A DNA stretch of 62,074 nucleotides. Origin: Deltaproteobacteria bacterium. Its GTDB lineage: Bacteria > Desulfobacterota > Desulfobaccia > Desulfobaccales > 0-14-0-80-60-11. This document shows, in pieces, positions 10,759 to 20,900 of this stretch; positions within the stretch are counted from its first letter, which is position 1; the number at the start of each line of letters is the position of its first letter. The notes beneath the pieces were generated by a model that saw only the letters and a list, made by a program, of their open reading frames with translations, was not told the origin of the DNA and did no database searches. The stretch lies in assembly GCA_016874915.1 (NCBI GenBank), contig VGSW01000001.1:1-62074 (forward strand), written 5' to 3'. A program made the position numbers and the translations under genes.

Positions 10759-11922
10759 ATGGTAAAACTCAGGGAATTGCGGGACGCCCTGGAGCGCCAG
10801 GAGGAAAACCGCCTGTCGCCCTACGCCACCCGGAGCACCCAGGCCATCCGGCGGCGCTTCGAAGAGCGCATCAATGAAGGCCATCGCCAGGACTTCGCGG
10901 TGGACGCGGACCGCATCCTCCACTCCCGGGCCTACACCCGCTACATCGACAAGACTCAGGTCTTCTACCTCATCGACCACGAACACATCAGCCACCGGGT
11001 GCTCCACGTCCAGCTCCTGTCCAAGATCGCCCGGACCATCGGCCGCTATTTGCGCTTAAACGAAGACCTCCTGGAAGCCATCGCCCTGGGCCACGATATC
11101 GGCCACCCCCCCTTCGGCCACGACGGCGAGCGCATCCTTTCCGGCCTGTGCCAACTCCACGGCATCGGCCCCTTCCTCCACAGTGTCCAGGGGGTGCAGT
11201 TCGTAGATAAGGTGGAGAAACAGGGGCGGGGGCTCAACCTGTCGCTCCAGGTCCTGGATGGCATTTTGTGCCACGACGGCGAAGTGCACCAGGAACGGCT
11301 GGCCCCGGACCCGGACAAGACCTTCGCCCGCCTGGAGGAGGAAATCCGTCTCAAGCTGGCTCACCCCGAGGTTTCCCTCAAGCCCATGACCCTGGAAGGC
11401 TGCGTGGTGCGGCTGGCCGACACCATCAGTTACATCGGGCGGGACCTGGAAGACGCCATCACCCTCAACCTGGTGCGCCGGGAGGACCTGCCGGAGAACG
11501 CCGCCCGCCGCCTGGGCCGCACCAACGGCGTCATCGTTTACAGCCTGGTGGCGGACCTCATTACCCACAGTTTCGACAAAAACTACGTGGGCTACAGCCC
11601 GGAAGTGGGCCAGGCTTTAAAGGAGTTGAAGCAGTTTAACTACGACCGCATTTACAACAATCCCCGCATCAAGGAGGAGACGCCCAAGATCGAGGGCCTG
11701 TTCGCCGAGATGTTTAAGCTATTCCTGGATGATATCCGCCACCGGCGCCTGGAATCCCCCATCTGGCGGGATTTTCTCGGGGCCATGGACCAGGCTTATC
11801 TGGACCGCCACCAGCCGGCGGAAATGGTCCGGGACTATCTGGCCTCCATGACCGACGCCCAGTTCCTGCGCCGGTCCCAGGAAATGTTTTTTCCCCAGGC
11901 CCTGCCGGCCCGGTTCGCTTAG
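10759..11922 (+). CDS. dGTP triphosphohydrolase-like HD-domain protein
   Basis: 387 aa. DADRILHSRAYTRYIDKTQVF, SHRVLHVQ, ALGHDIGHPPFGHDGE. Confidence 0.8.
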   Translation: MVKLRELRDALERQEENRLSPYATRSTQAIRRRFEERINEGHRQDFAVDADRILHSRAYTRYIDKTQVFYLIDHEHISHRVLHVQLLSKIARTIGRYLRLNEDLLEAIALGHDIGHPPFGHDGERILSGLCQLHGIGPFLHSVQGVQFVDKVEKQGRGLNLSLQVLDGILCHDGEVHQERLAPDPDKTFARLEEEIRLKLAHPEVSLKPMTLEGCVVRLADTISYIGRDLEDAITLNLVRREDLPENAARRLGRTNGVIVYSLVADLITHSFDKNYVGYSPEVGQALKELKQFNYDRIYNNPRIKEETPKIEGLFAEMFKLFLDDIRHRRLESPIWRDFLGAMDQAYLDRHQPAEMVRDYLASMTDAQFLRRSQEMFFPQALPARFA

Positions 11923-12026
11923 AGGCAGTTTTCGGTTTTCGGTCTTCGGTTTTCGGTTAAAAGGATTGGGATTATTGAAGGATTGCAATTTGGGTTTGCA
12001 GCATTTGAGAAGGAAACCGGCATAAA

Positions 12027-12785
12027 ATGCTCAGGGTCATGACCTTCAACCTCCGGTTTGCCAACCCCGCGGACGGCCCCAACGAATGGCAGTATCGGAA
12101 GGAGTTGGTGGCGGACGTCATCCTGAGGCATGCCCCCGATCTGCTGGGCACCCAGGAAGGCACGGTGCCCCAGTTGGACTACCTCACGGAACACCTCACC
12201 GGGTATCTCCCCCTCACCGAACACCGGGAAGTGGACCCCACCTGCCAATACCCCACCATTTATTTCCGGGGTGACCGCTTCCAGGTGCAAATGAGCGGCG
12301 AGTTCTGGCTATCCGAAACCCCCGGGGCGCACCGCAGCCGCAGTTGGGGCAGCGCTTTTCCCCGCATGGCCACCTTTGGCCTTTTCCAGGTTGGGGACCG
12401 GGAATTTTATTTCATCGACACCCATCTGGATCATATCTCCGACGAGGCCCGGCTCCAGGGAGCCCGGATGATCCGGAATTATTTTTTTCCTTTGAACAAA
12501 CCGATAATCCTGGTAGGAGATTTCAACGAGCCCCCCGACAGTCCGGTGTACCGGGAGCTTATCGGGGCGCGCAGCCCCTTGCAGGACACCTGGCGGGCCG
12601 TGCATCCGCCGGGGGAAGAAGCCGCCACCCAGCACCAGTTCGACGGCCGGCCCCGGGGGGCCCGCATTGACTGGATCTTGGTTTCGGCTCCTTTCCAGGT
12701 CCGGAAGGGTTTGATCGTCACCGACCACAGAGGTGACCGCTATCCTTCTGATCATTTTCCTTATCTGGCAGAGGTAGATTACTGA
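12027..12785 (+). CDS. endonuclease/exonuclease/phosphatase (EEP) family protein
   Basis: 252 aa. MTFNLRF, LLGTQEG, VGDFNE, and C-terminal SDHFPYLAEV. Confidence 0.8.
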   Translation: MLRVMTFNLRFANPADGPNEWQYRKELVADVILRHAPDLLGTQEGTVPQLDYLTEHLTGYLPLTEHREVDPTCQYPTIYFRGDRFQVQMSGEFWLSETPGAHRSRSWGSAFPRMATFGLFQVGDREFYFIDTHLDHISDEARLQGARMIRNYFFPLNKPIILVGDFNEPPDSPVYRELIGARSPLQDTWRAVHPPGEEAATQHQFDGRPRGARIDWILVSAPFQVRKGLIVTDHRGDRYPSDHFPYLAEVDY

Positions 12786-12786
12786 C

Positions 12787-13773
12787 ATGTTACGGTTGTT
12801 GTGGCTGACCTTCACCTTGCTCGCTCTGGCGGCGCCCGGTTATGCCGCCAAACCTCCCCCGACCCCGCCCCTGTATGTCCAGGTGTTGGGCGGGGAAGAA
12901 GAATGCGTGGTGCCTCCCAAAACCACTTTAAACCGCCTAGCCCTGGAACGGGGAGTGAAGTGGACTATGCTGGCCCGGGAAAACAATATCCCCAAACCTT
13001 ACAAAATCAAGGCCGGCATGGTGCTCAAAATCAACACCAACCACATCGTGCCCATGGAACTGAGCCACGGATTCGTCATCAACCTGCCAGAGTTGCTTCT
13101 CTATTACTTCAAGGACGGCGTGTACCAGCGGCGCTACGCATTGGCGGTGGGTAAACCCTCCTGGCAAACTCCCACCGGGAATTATCATATTCGCAACAAA
13201 ACCAAAAACCCCACCTGGACCGTGCCGGAATCCATTCAAGAGGAGATGTTCAACGCCGGTCAGGAAGTGGTGGAGAAGGTTCCACCCGGCCCGAAAAACC
13301 CGCTGGGAAAATTCTGGATGGGCACCACCGCCCCCGGTGTGGGCATTCACGCCACCAACCGGCCCTGGAGCGTGGGCTACTTCGTGTCCCACGGCTGTAT
13401 CCGCATGCTGCCCGATGAGATCGAGCAGCTTTTCCCCCAGGTGGAGGTGGGCCTGCCGGTGAAGATCATCTACCGGCCGGTGAAGATGGCGGTTACCCCT
13501 CAGGGGCGCATCTATCTGGAAGTCCATCCCAATATTTACTCCAAAAAGTTGGACTACCTGCAGATAGTGAAGGAGATGGCCCAAAAATACCAGCTCAAGG
13601 ACCACATCGATTGGGAAAAAATCCCGCCCCTCCTGAAGACCAAAGATGGGGTGGCCCGGGACGTCACCCTGAAACCTATCCCTCCGAAGCCGGAAACTCA
13701 AACCGCCGGGACCGAGGCGCCCAGGGAAATGGGGCTTTTCCCTTTACAGGGCCAGGAAGCCAAGATAGAATAG
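12787..13773 (+). CDS. L,D-transpeptidase (YkuD) with LysM domain
   Basis: Signal peptide. LysM-like segment LNRLALERGVKWTMLARENNIPKPYKIKAGMVLKI. Catalytic SHGCIRM. Confidence 0.85.
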   Translation: MLRLLWLTFTLLALAAPGYAAKPPPTPPLYVQVLGGEEECVVPPKTTLNRLALERGVKWTMLARENNIPKPYKIKAGMVLKINTNHIVPMELSHGFVINLPELLLYYFKDGVYQRRYALAVGKPSWQTPTGNYHIRNKTKNPTWTVPESIQEEMFNAGQEVVEKVPPGPKNPLGKFWMGTTAPGVGIHATNRPWSVGYFVSHGCIRMLPDEIEQLFPQVEVGLPVKIIYRPVKMAVTPQGRIYLEVHPNIYSKKLDYLQIVKEMAQKYQLKDHIDWEKIPPLLKTKDGVARDVTLKPIPPKPETQTAGTEAPREMGLFPLQGQEAKIE

Positions 13774-13785
13774 GACCTTCCGGCG

Positions 13786-13860
13786 GGGGAAAAAGGGGAA
13801 AAGGTTAAAGGGAAAGTAACGAACAATTTTCTTCCCTCTTCCCTTTTTAACCATTACCCC
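13786..13860. repeat. palindromic element, family GGTTAAAAGGGGAAAAGG
   Basis: ggggaaaaaggggaaaaggttaaaggg...cttccctcttccctttttaacc. Confidence 0.8.
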
Positions 13861-13906
13861 CTGAGAGTATTTGGCCTTATGAGGCCGTTTTGAAAAAGGT
13901 AGTTCT

Positions 13907-14167
13907 TTGACGGATAAAGAAACTGATCCCCAACGTAATCAGGCCATCCGGCAAGAGAACCGCAACCTCCGGTATCTGCGTTTTCTGGTGGATCTGGCTT
14001 TGATGGAAATCCGGGCCGGCAGAGTCAGCCGGGAGCAGGCGGCCCGGATGGTGGAAAACGTCCGCAGCCAGGCCCTGAAGCTCTTCCCCGGCAAGGAAAC
14101 GGCCTTTGACCTCATTTACCGGCCCCGCTTCCAGCGGGCCATCACCGAGACCTTCAAGCTTCATTGA
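13907..14167 (+). CDS. small hypothetical protein (86 aa, TTG start)
   Basis: ORF only. No motif, weak RBS. Confidence 0.3.
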   Translation: MTDKETDPQRNQAIRQENRNLRYLRFLVDLALMEIRAGRVSREQAARMVENVRSQALKLFPGKETAFDLIYRPRFQRAITETFKLH

Positions 14168-14180
14168 AAAGGGTGAAAGT

Positions 14181-14762
14181 ATGTACGTATCTCGTTTGCT
14201 CAAGGTAGTATTGCTGATCGCGGCCCTGGCCATCCCGGCCCTGGCCCAGACCCAGACTCAGCCTCCCGGCCAGGCCCCCGCCCAGGCACCGGCCCCGGCG
14301 TCCGGGCCAGCGCCAGCTCACCCATCCAAGTGCGGTCCCGACCACGCCATTCTCTACAAGCGGGCCGCGGGGCTGCTGGACACTGCGGAGAAGAAGCTCA
14401 ACGCCCGCTACACTGCGGAGGCCAAGGCCCTGGCCAAGGAAGCCAATTCCCTGTTCACCATCCTTCAGAAGGAATGCGGGCCGGAGCAGCGCCAGCGGCT
14501 GCTCACCCCCAAGGAGGAGCAGCAGGAGGCCATCAACCAGAAGCTCTCCGCCGACGAAAGGAATGCCGCGGACCGCCTGATGAAATCCGCAGAAGACAAG
14601 GAGAAAAAGAGCGCCCAGATCGAAGCTGGCCAGCCGGAGCAATCTGCCAAACTGCAGCGAGAAGCCAAAGAGGAATACGAACAAGCCCACAAGCGTTACA
14701 TCAAGGCCCAGATTTACGCCCTGCGCAACCAGCAGATGATCTTCCGCTTCCTGGCGCCGTAG
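14181..14762 (+). CDS. secreted Pro/Ala/Gln-rich coiled-coil protein
   Basis: ORF 14106..14762 trimmed to MYVSRLLKVVLLIAALAIPALAQ (signal peptide), followed by a charged helical region. Confidence 0.5.
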   Translation: MYVSRLLKVVLLIAALAIPALAQTQTQPPGQAPAQAPAPASGPAPAHPSKCGPDHAILYKRAAGLLDTAEKKLNARYTAEAKALAKEANSLFTILQKECGPEQRQRLLTPKEEQQEAINQKLSADERNAADRLMKSAEDKEKKSAQIEAGQPEQSAKLQREAKEEYEQAHKRYIKAQIYALRNQQMIFRFLAP

Positions 14763-14867
14763 GTTGGATAGCAAATAAGAGTATTTGAGGGGAGAACCGG
14801 GAGATAACCAATCTCCCGTCCCCTTCAAGCTCCCCTTCCTATCCCCTACCCCCATAAAGGAACCACC

Positions 14868-15515
14868 TTGCCCCTTACTATTATCGGCGAAAAGGTCGGC
14901 CCTTATGAGGTCATCACCTATCTGGTAGCCTGCCTGGAAACCGGAGAAGCCTTGCTCATCGACCCCGGGGGGGCGGCCCCGGACCTTCTGGACCGGCTTA
15001 AGAAAGAAGGCTGGCACTTAAAGTTCATTGTCAACACCCACGGCCACGCGGACCACACCGCGGGCAACAATCATTGGGCCGCGGCCATGGGGGCCCCCAT
15101 CGTCATGCACCGCCTGGACTGGGAGTTCTTCCGCACCCCGGAAATGCAGGCCATGGCCCAGGCCGAGGGCTTTCCCCCCTTAAGCCGGATGGACTTGGTG
15201 GTGGAAGATGGCCAACACCTGGCCCTGGGCCGGTGGGAGGCCCGCGTCATTCACACCCCGGGCCATTCCCCCGGTTCCATCTGCCTCTATTTTCCCGGAC
15301 ACCTGTTCACCGGCGACACCCTCTTCGTGGGCGCCGCGGGGCGCACTGATCTGCCCGGAGCCTCCCTGGACACCCTCCTTCATTCTCTGGAACATCAGAT
15401 CATGCCCCTTCCCGACGACACCCGCATCTGGCCCGGCCATGACTACGGCGACACCCCCACTTCCACCCTGGGCGAAGAAAAAGAGAACAACCCCTTTTTA
15501 ACAGACTTCTTCTAA
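14868..15515 (+). CDS. MBL-fold metallo-hydrolase (glyoxalase II-like)
   Basis: 215 aa. NTHGHADHTAGN and HTPGHSPGS motifs. TTG start. Confidence 0.85.
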   Translation: MPLTIIGEKVGPYEVITYLVACLETGEALLIDPGGAAPDLLDRLKKEGWHLKFIVNTHGHADHTAGNNHWAAAMGAPIVMHRLDWEFFRTPEMQAMAQAEGFPPLSRMDLVVEDGQHLALGRWEARVIHTPGHSPGSICLYFPGHLFTGDTLFVGAAGRTDLPGASLDTLLHSLEHQIMPLPDDTRIWPGHDYGDTPTSTLGEEKENNPFLTDFF

Positions 15516-15519
15516 TACC

Positions 15520-15550
15520 CTTAGTGTTCTTGGTGTCTTGGTGGTTAAAT
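15520..15550. repeat. half element, family TTAACCACCAAGACACCAAGACAC
   Basis: cttagtgttcttggtgtcttggtggttaaat, after the MBL hydrolase gene. Confidence 0.75.
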
Positions 15551-15625
15551 TTTTCGGCCTTCCCCTGGGTCGTGATTTTTGCGAAAATTGGCATAAGTTG
15601 TCTATCTTTATTTGAGGTCTAGAGT

Positions 15626-16447
15626 TTGTTGGATAAACCGAAGAACTTGCCGCCCTCCGGTGAAGACCTAATGGAGCGATCCCTCCGCGAATTAATCCAT
15701 TATTACCGCCACTCCAGCGCCGGCCGCCGGGTGGGCGGCATTGTCCATCAGATGAACGGACCCCTGCAGGTGCTCTCCATGCAGATGGAGATGCTGGAGT
15801 ACAAGGCCCAGGAGGAGCTCCGCCATCTTCAGGAGTGTCCGCCGCCCCTGGCTGAGAAACTGGGAAAGCTGTTGGACTACCGCCAGGGGAAAATCCGCCA
15901 GTTCCGCCAGGAGCTGGAGAAATTACAGGCCCTTACCCGCCTCCTCCTTCAGCAGGGCGCCCATGAGGATCATCAGGACCGCATCATGATGGACCTCAAT
16001 CAGGTCTATCGGGAGGAACTGGATCTCTATCTGGCCCATCCCTTTTTTAAGCATCAGGTCACCAGGCGCTTCCACTTTCAGGAAGGCCTGCCCCTCATTC
16101 AGGGGCACTACCTTGATTTCAGCCAGAGTTTCCGCAACCTGGTGGACAACGCCCTGGAAGCCATGGAAGCCGCGCCCCGCCGGGAATTGACGGTGGAAAC
16201 CAGCCTCCAGGATGGCTTTAGGATAGTGAGCATCGGGGATACGGGGGTGGGGATTGAGCCGGAGGTCCTGCCCCGGATTTTTGAGCCTTTTTTCACCACC
16301 AAAGACGCCCCGGAACAGCCCCGGGCCGGGCTGGGCTTATTTATGGCCCGGCGGCTGCTGGCCCCTTATGGGGGGGAAATCCAGGTGACCAGCCGCCCCG
16401 GGGAGACCTGGGCGACGGTGCGCCTGCCGGTTAAGAAAATCAAATAA
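15626..16447 (+). CDS. soluble histidine kinase (HisKA-like + HATPase_c), no sensor domain or TM segment
   Basis: H-box-like GGIVHQMNGPLQ. N-box LVDNALEAM. G-boxes GDTGVGI and GLGLFMARR. No response regulator adjacent. Confidence 0.7.
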   Translation: MLDKPKNLPPSGEDLMERSLRELIHYYRHSSAGRRVGGIVHQMNGPLQVLSMQMEMLEYKAQEELRHLQECPPPLAEKLGKLLDYRQGKIRQFRQELEKLQALTRLLLQQGAHEDHQDRIMMDLNQVYREELDLYLAHPFFKHQVTRRFHFQEGLPLIQGHYLDFSQSFRNLVDNALEAMEAAPRRELTVETSLQDGFRIVSIGDTGVGIEPEVLPRIFEPFFTTKDAPEQPRAGLGLFMARRLLAPYGGEIQVTSRPGETWATVRLPVKKIK

Positions 16448-16450
16448 TAT

Positions 16451-16563
16451 TTAACCGCCGATGAACGCCGATTAACGCAGATTGGCCGGTTCAGGCGGAA
16501 CAAAGCCCGCCTGAACCGGCCAATTTCTTTATCTGTGTTTATCTGCGTTCATCGGCGGTTAAA
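16451..16563. repeat. palindromic element TTAACCGCCGATGAACGC...
   Basis: Outer arms ttaaccgccgatgaacgccgattaacgcagat / atctgtgtttatctgcgttcatcggcggttaa. Inner hairpin ggccggttcaggcgg...ccgcctgaaccggcc. Fills the gap between convergent stops. Confidence 0.88.
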
Positions 16564-16566
16564 TTT

Positions 16567-17826
16567 TCACTCCGGTGGCGGCCGGCGGTCCAGGTCGGCC
16601 GTCTGTAAAAAGACTTCCGCGGCCCGGCCGGCCTTGAAGTAACGGCTTATCCTTCGCAGTCGGGCCAACCGTTCCAGGGACGCGGGGTGAGCCGCCAGAT
16701 AATGGGTGGTTAAAAAAGGGTCCTTCTCCACCACCCCTGCGACCCGTTCCCAGAAGACCGGGGCTGCGTCCAGGTCATAGCCCGCCTGGCAGGCATACCA
16801 CAGGCCGTACGCGTCCGCCTCCCGCTCGTCATCCCGGGAAAAGATGCTCACCACCGCCTCCTGGGCCACCCGGCGGGTCTGTGGGTCCACCCCGGAGTGC
16901 CGCCAGTCCAGGACTCGGGGCAGAGAAAAGGTGCTGAAGGCCAAAACCGCCTCCCCCACAAATTTTCCCAGATCCCGGTGGAGGGCCCCCCGCACCAGGT
17001 GGCCGTGGGTCTGGTGGGCCAGTTCATGGCCCACCACCAGGGCGATTTCATGGTCGTTGAGGCAAAAATTCACCAGGCGCTGAGTCAGGATGATGCGGCC
17101 ATGCCCGGCGTAGGCGTTGACTTGAGGGTCGTGGGGATTGATCAGAATGCCGTATTCCGCCGGCAGGTGCTGGGGATAGAGACGCAGGGTGAACTTTTCC
17201 TCCTCCCGTTGGATCATCAGATCTACGGGACCACTTACGTACCGACCCTGGGCTTCCAGACCGATATGTTTGATATCCAGCAGCAGGGCGGGGAGCAGTT
17301 CTCCCGGCAGCATAACCAGGCTCTGGGCCGTGGTTCGCGGCTGGGCCCGGCCTTGGGACCGGTCCCCGGGGATAAAAAAGACAAAATCTTTCAACAAAGT
17401 CCGGGTGGTCCGGATATGGCGATCCCAGTCCGCGGTCCAGGCGGGCAGGGGCCAGTTGTTCACCGCCAGGATGAGGTCTCCCGCCTTGATGCCGGCGTCA
17501 TGGGCCGGGGAGGGCCGCCAGACGTTGTCCACCGCCACCTTGCCCGTTTCCGTCACCGACCAGTTGAATCCCAGGAAGGGGTAGGTGCGCCCGTGAATCT
17601 GGGGGACCACTGCCAGGAGGCGGATGAAGACCCGGCTGACCCGCTCCATGGCCCAGCTCTGGTGGGGATGGCGGCGGGCTGCGGCCAGTTGGGCCACTTC
17701 CACTTCCGGCGCGGCAGGACGGGGCCGGGTTACCTCGGCGCACCCGGCCAGAAGCATCAGGGCGAGGCAACCCGCTCCCAGCATTAATAATTTTGGATTA
17801 CGCAAAAATGCAGAAGCGCTCATCAT
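16567..17826 (-). CDS. M48-family zinc metallopeptidase lipoprotein with PDZ-like domain
   Basis: HELAHQTHGH. GIKAGDLILAVNNW. ORF 16567..17934 trimmed to MMSASAF..LLAGC (lipobox), because the upstream codons are a repeat element. Confidence 0.78.
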   Translation of the reverse strand: MMSASAFLRNPKLLMLGAGCLALMLLAGCAEVTRPRPAAPEVEVAQLAAARRHPHQSWAMERVSRVFIRLLAVVPQIHGRTYPFLGFNWSVTETGKVAVDNVWRPSPAHDAGIKAGDLILAVNNWPLPAWTADWDRHIRTTRTLLKDFVFFIPGDRSQGRAQPRTTAQSLVMLPGELLPALLLDIKHIGLEAQGRYVSGPVDLMIQREEEKFTLRLYPQHLPAEYGILINPHDPQVNAYAGHGRIILTQRLVNFCLNDHEIALVVGHELAHQTHGHLVRGALHRDLGKFVGEAVLAFSTFSLPRVLDWRHSGVDPQTRRVAQEAVVSIFSRDDEREADAYGLWYACQAGYDLDAAPVFWERVAGVVEKDPFLTTHYLAAHPASLERLARLRRISRYFKAGRAAEVFLQTADLDRRPPPE

Positions 17827-17836
17827 AAAAAGAAAA

Positions 17837-17917
17837 TAGTGGCACCGGCCTCTGGCCGGTGAAAAGCCTGCAAAGGAGTAATGTTTATTTTTCACCGGCC
17901 AGAGGCCGGTGCCACTA
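17837..17917. repeat. palindromic variant of the GGCAC...CCAGAGGCC family
   Basis: tagtggcaccggcctctggccggtgaaaa ... ttttcaccggccagaggccggtgccacta. Confidence 0.82.
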
Positions 17918-17981
17918 AAGACTTTTAGGTTCAAGAAATCAACAGCCTGTAACCATTAACTGGCCACTGGCCACACTGCAT

Positions 17982-20900
17982 TCAAAACCGCCAGCGGCAG
18001 GACACCCCCACGGTGAACAGCCGGTATTGGTCCACGAATTCCTGGAAATAAAAAACGTGCACATTGGTAAAGAAATTGTGGACCCACTCCCATTCCAGGG
18101 CGGCCAGCCCCTGGAGGGCCGGGCCCCATTGGCCGTGCTGGTTGACGCCCTGCACCGTGCCCTGGAGGATAAGCGTGGGCAGGCGGAAAATCTGCCGGTC
18201 AAAGTCCACCCCCAGACCCAGGGCCGCGTAACTCCGGGGGCTGAAGTATGCCTGTTGCTGCCGGTGGTAGGCGGCCAGGTAAACGTGGGGGGTGAACTCC
18301 AGGTGCATCCGGGGTTCCCGCCAGGCTTGCCAGGCCAAGCCCTGGTAAAGGGTAAGGCGCCGGTTATGGTCGGAGAAGAAGGCGCCGCCCACATTGCCCC
18401 GCCAATCCAGGCCCGGCCGGAACTGGTGGCCGAATCCCAGGTCTGCCTGGTTAAGGGAGGTTATCTGGGCCTTCTCCAGATTCAGCACCCCCTGGTAGAG
18501 GCGGGGATAGATGGAGCTTTCCTGGTCGAAAATGTCCCGGCGGCTATATTTCAGGGCCACCTCGGTGCGGTCGGCCCGGTATTTTAGCTCCACGGAGCCC
18601 AGAACCCGGTTGCGGTCTTCTTTGTCCGTAGATTTCAGGATGGCCTGGGGAAACATGGGATTGACAATGACCACCTTGGTGTGGTCCACCCGCTTCCAGT
18701 AGCGCCGCCCGATGATTTCCCCGCTCACCTGGAGCCGGTCGCTTACGGAAAGCGGCCCAACTCCCAAGGCCACCTCACCCCGGCGCAGACGGTTTTCCAT
18801 GGTGTCGGAAAGCTGCGTAAAACCGGGCCGCACCCTAACCCTGGAGTCCCGGGTGTTCTGGTTATACTCCCGATACTCCAGGGCCAGGCTGGCCGGCAGG
18901 ACCTTGGTGACCCAGAACCCCCCGGACATGCGGATTAGGCCGCCGTACAGCTTGTTGCTGTCGCGAAAATGGAGGGACTCGGGCTGGATCACGGGCAGCA
19001 CCTGCCACAGGAAAGCCGGCAGGTAGTTGCTGAGGCCCAATCCCCGGGCCGGCCATCCGGGTTCCCGGTCAAACCGGGAAAATTGCCAGGGCCGCGCCCC
19101 TTCTTCCGGACTCCGCAGACCCCGGGGTTGGGGAAAGCCCCGGGAGGCCACCTGGGGCCGCATCTGCTGGCGGACGTGCTCCAGTTCGTTGAGCAGCTCG
19201 ATGTCCTGGGGGGCCTGCTTCAGGGCCGCGGCAAATAGGCGGTGCGCTTCGGCCCAGTTCCCCAAAGCCCGGGCCTGCCGGGCCTGAGCCACTCGGGCCG
19301 CCTGGGATTCGGGGACGCTCCGGACGATCTCCTTATACAGACCCACGGCTTTCCGATCCCCCATGGCTTCCAGGGTGCGGGCCTGTTCCATGAGCAGCGT
19401 TTCCTTAGGGACCCGGCCTTTCAGATGGTCCAGGGTCTTCAGGGCCTCGTCATGGCTGCCTTCCAGGCGGCAGGCCTGGGCCCGGAGGAGGAGCCCGGAA
19501 GCCTGCTCCGGGTGGCCTTCGGGGATCAGGGCCGACACCGCCTTGACCCCTTCGTATTGGCCCCGTATCAGGTAAACCCTGGCCATTTCCAGACACGCCC
19601 CCGGGTCCTGACCCGCCTGGGTCAGGGAGGCCAGGGCCGGGCCCCAATCTTTCATCGCCATCTGGCACTGGAGGAGAAGCCGGGCGATATTTTTGTCCTG
19701 GGGCTTGAGTTTAAGCGCCCGGCGGTAATAACCCGCGGCCTCTTGCCGCTCCCCCAGCTCCATGGCCAGCCATCCCAGGTTCAGCAACTCTGCCGGGTTA
19801 TCCGGCCACTTATGGCGGCGATATTCCTTGAGCACGTGGAGCAGGTAATCCAGCTTGCCGGTTTGGCGTCCCAGCTTGCCGTCAAAATAGGCCAGGGTTG
19901 CGGCATGTTCCGGCCCTCCCACCCGGATGCCGGGAATCCCGTTCATGACGCGATTCAGGTCTTCATAGCGGGGCAGACGGGGCAGCAGGGCCGCCAGGAT
20001 CAGGAGACTGGGATGGTGGTAGCGGTCCTGCCGGAGATTCTGAACCAGCAGGTCAATGGCCCGGGAGAGATGCTTGGGCTGCGGGCTGTGGAAATAGCAC
20101 CTGGCTGCCAAGGCCCGGGCCTCCAGATTTAAATCGGTCAGAGGTTCCAGCTCCTTTTGGGACAGGGTCAAGGCCCGGGGAAAATCCCGGGCGGTGAGAT
20201 ACGCCTCCACCGCGGCCATCCGCACCCCCGGGTCCTGGGGGAGATCCAGGCGCAAGCGATTTAACAGGTCCAGGGCTTCCGGCACGCGGCCCAGGTAGGT
20301 GAGGATCCTGGCCTTTTCCAGACGCCCCGGCTGGTCTTGGGGAACATGTTTCAAGAAGAGGTCGTAGAACTTCAGGGCGGCCTCCAGGTCCCCCAGCCAT
20401 AACCAGAGATGGGCCTGCACTCGTAAAAGGGGCGGCTCCTGGGCGGCAGGGCAGTTTTTCAACTCCCGGACGCCCTCCTCCCACCGCTGGGCCTCCACCA
20501 GCAGGTGAACGCGTCTGAGGCGCAGTCGCAGGTCGTCTTTGAGCTTCAAAGCCTCCTGGTACTGCCCCAGGGCAGCCTCCCGGGTTTCGGGGGCAAAGGA
20601 CAGGGCCTCAGCCAATTGCTGGCGCACTTCCAGGTCCCGGGGCTGCTTTTCCAGATACTCCTGGAAATAGCGGGCCGCCTCCCCCCAATTTTTCTGGTAG
20701 AAATGCATCTGCCCCGAAAATAAAAGCAATTTGGGGTTGGCCGGGTCCTGACGGCGCAGCGGCCCTACCGCGTCCAGGGCTTCCCGGTGGCGCCGGGCGT
20801 AGGAATAGGTGAGAGCCGCTTCCCAGCGCAGTTCCCGGTCCAGCAGGAGCCGGTGGCCGGCCTCATCCCAGAAGGCTGCGGCCCGGCCAAAATTCCCCTT

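Noticed and set aside
16567-17934. Long N-terminal extensions offered by the ORF track (also 40108..41193, 43128.., 43349.., 52079.., 10122.., 14106.., 4865..6220, 755..1468)
   Set aside because: The extensions run into repeat elements or an upstream gene. Internal starts give canonical N-termini, signal peptides, lipoboxes or good RBSs, so the coordinates were trimmed.
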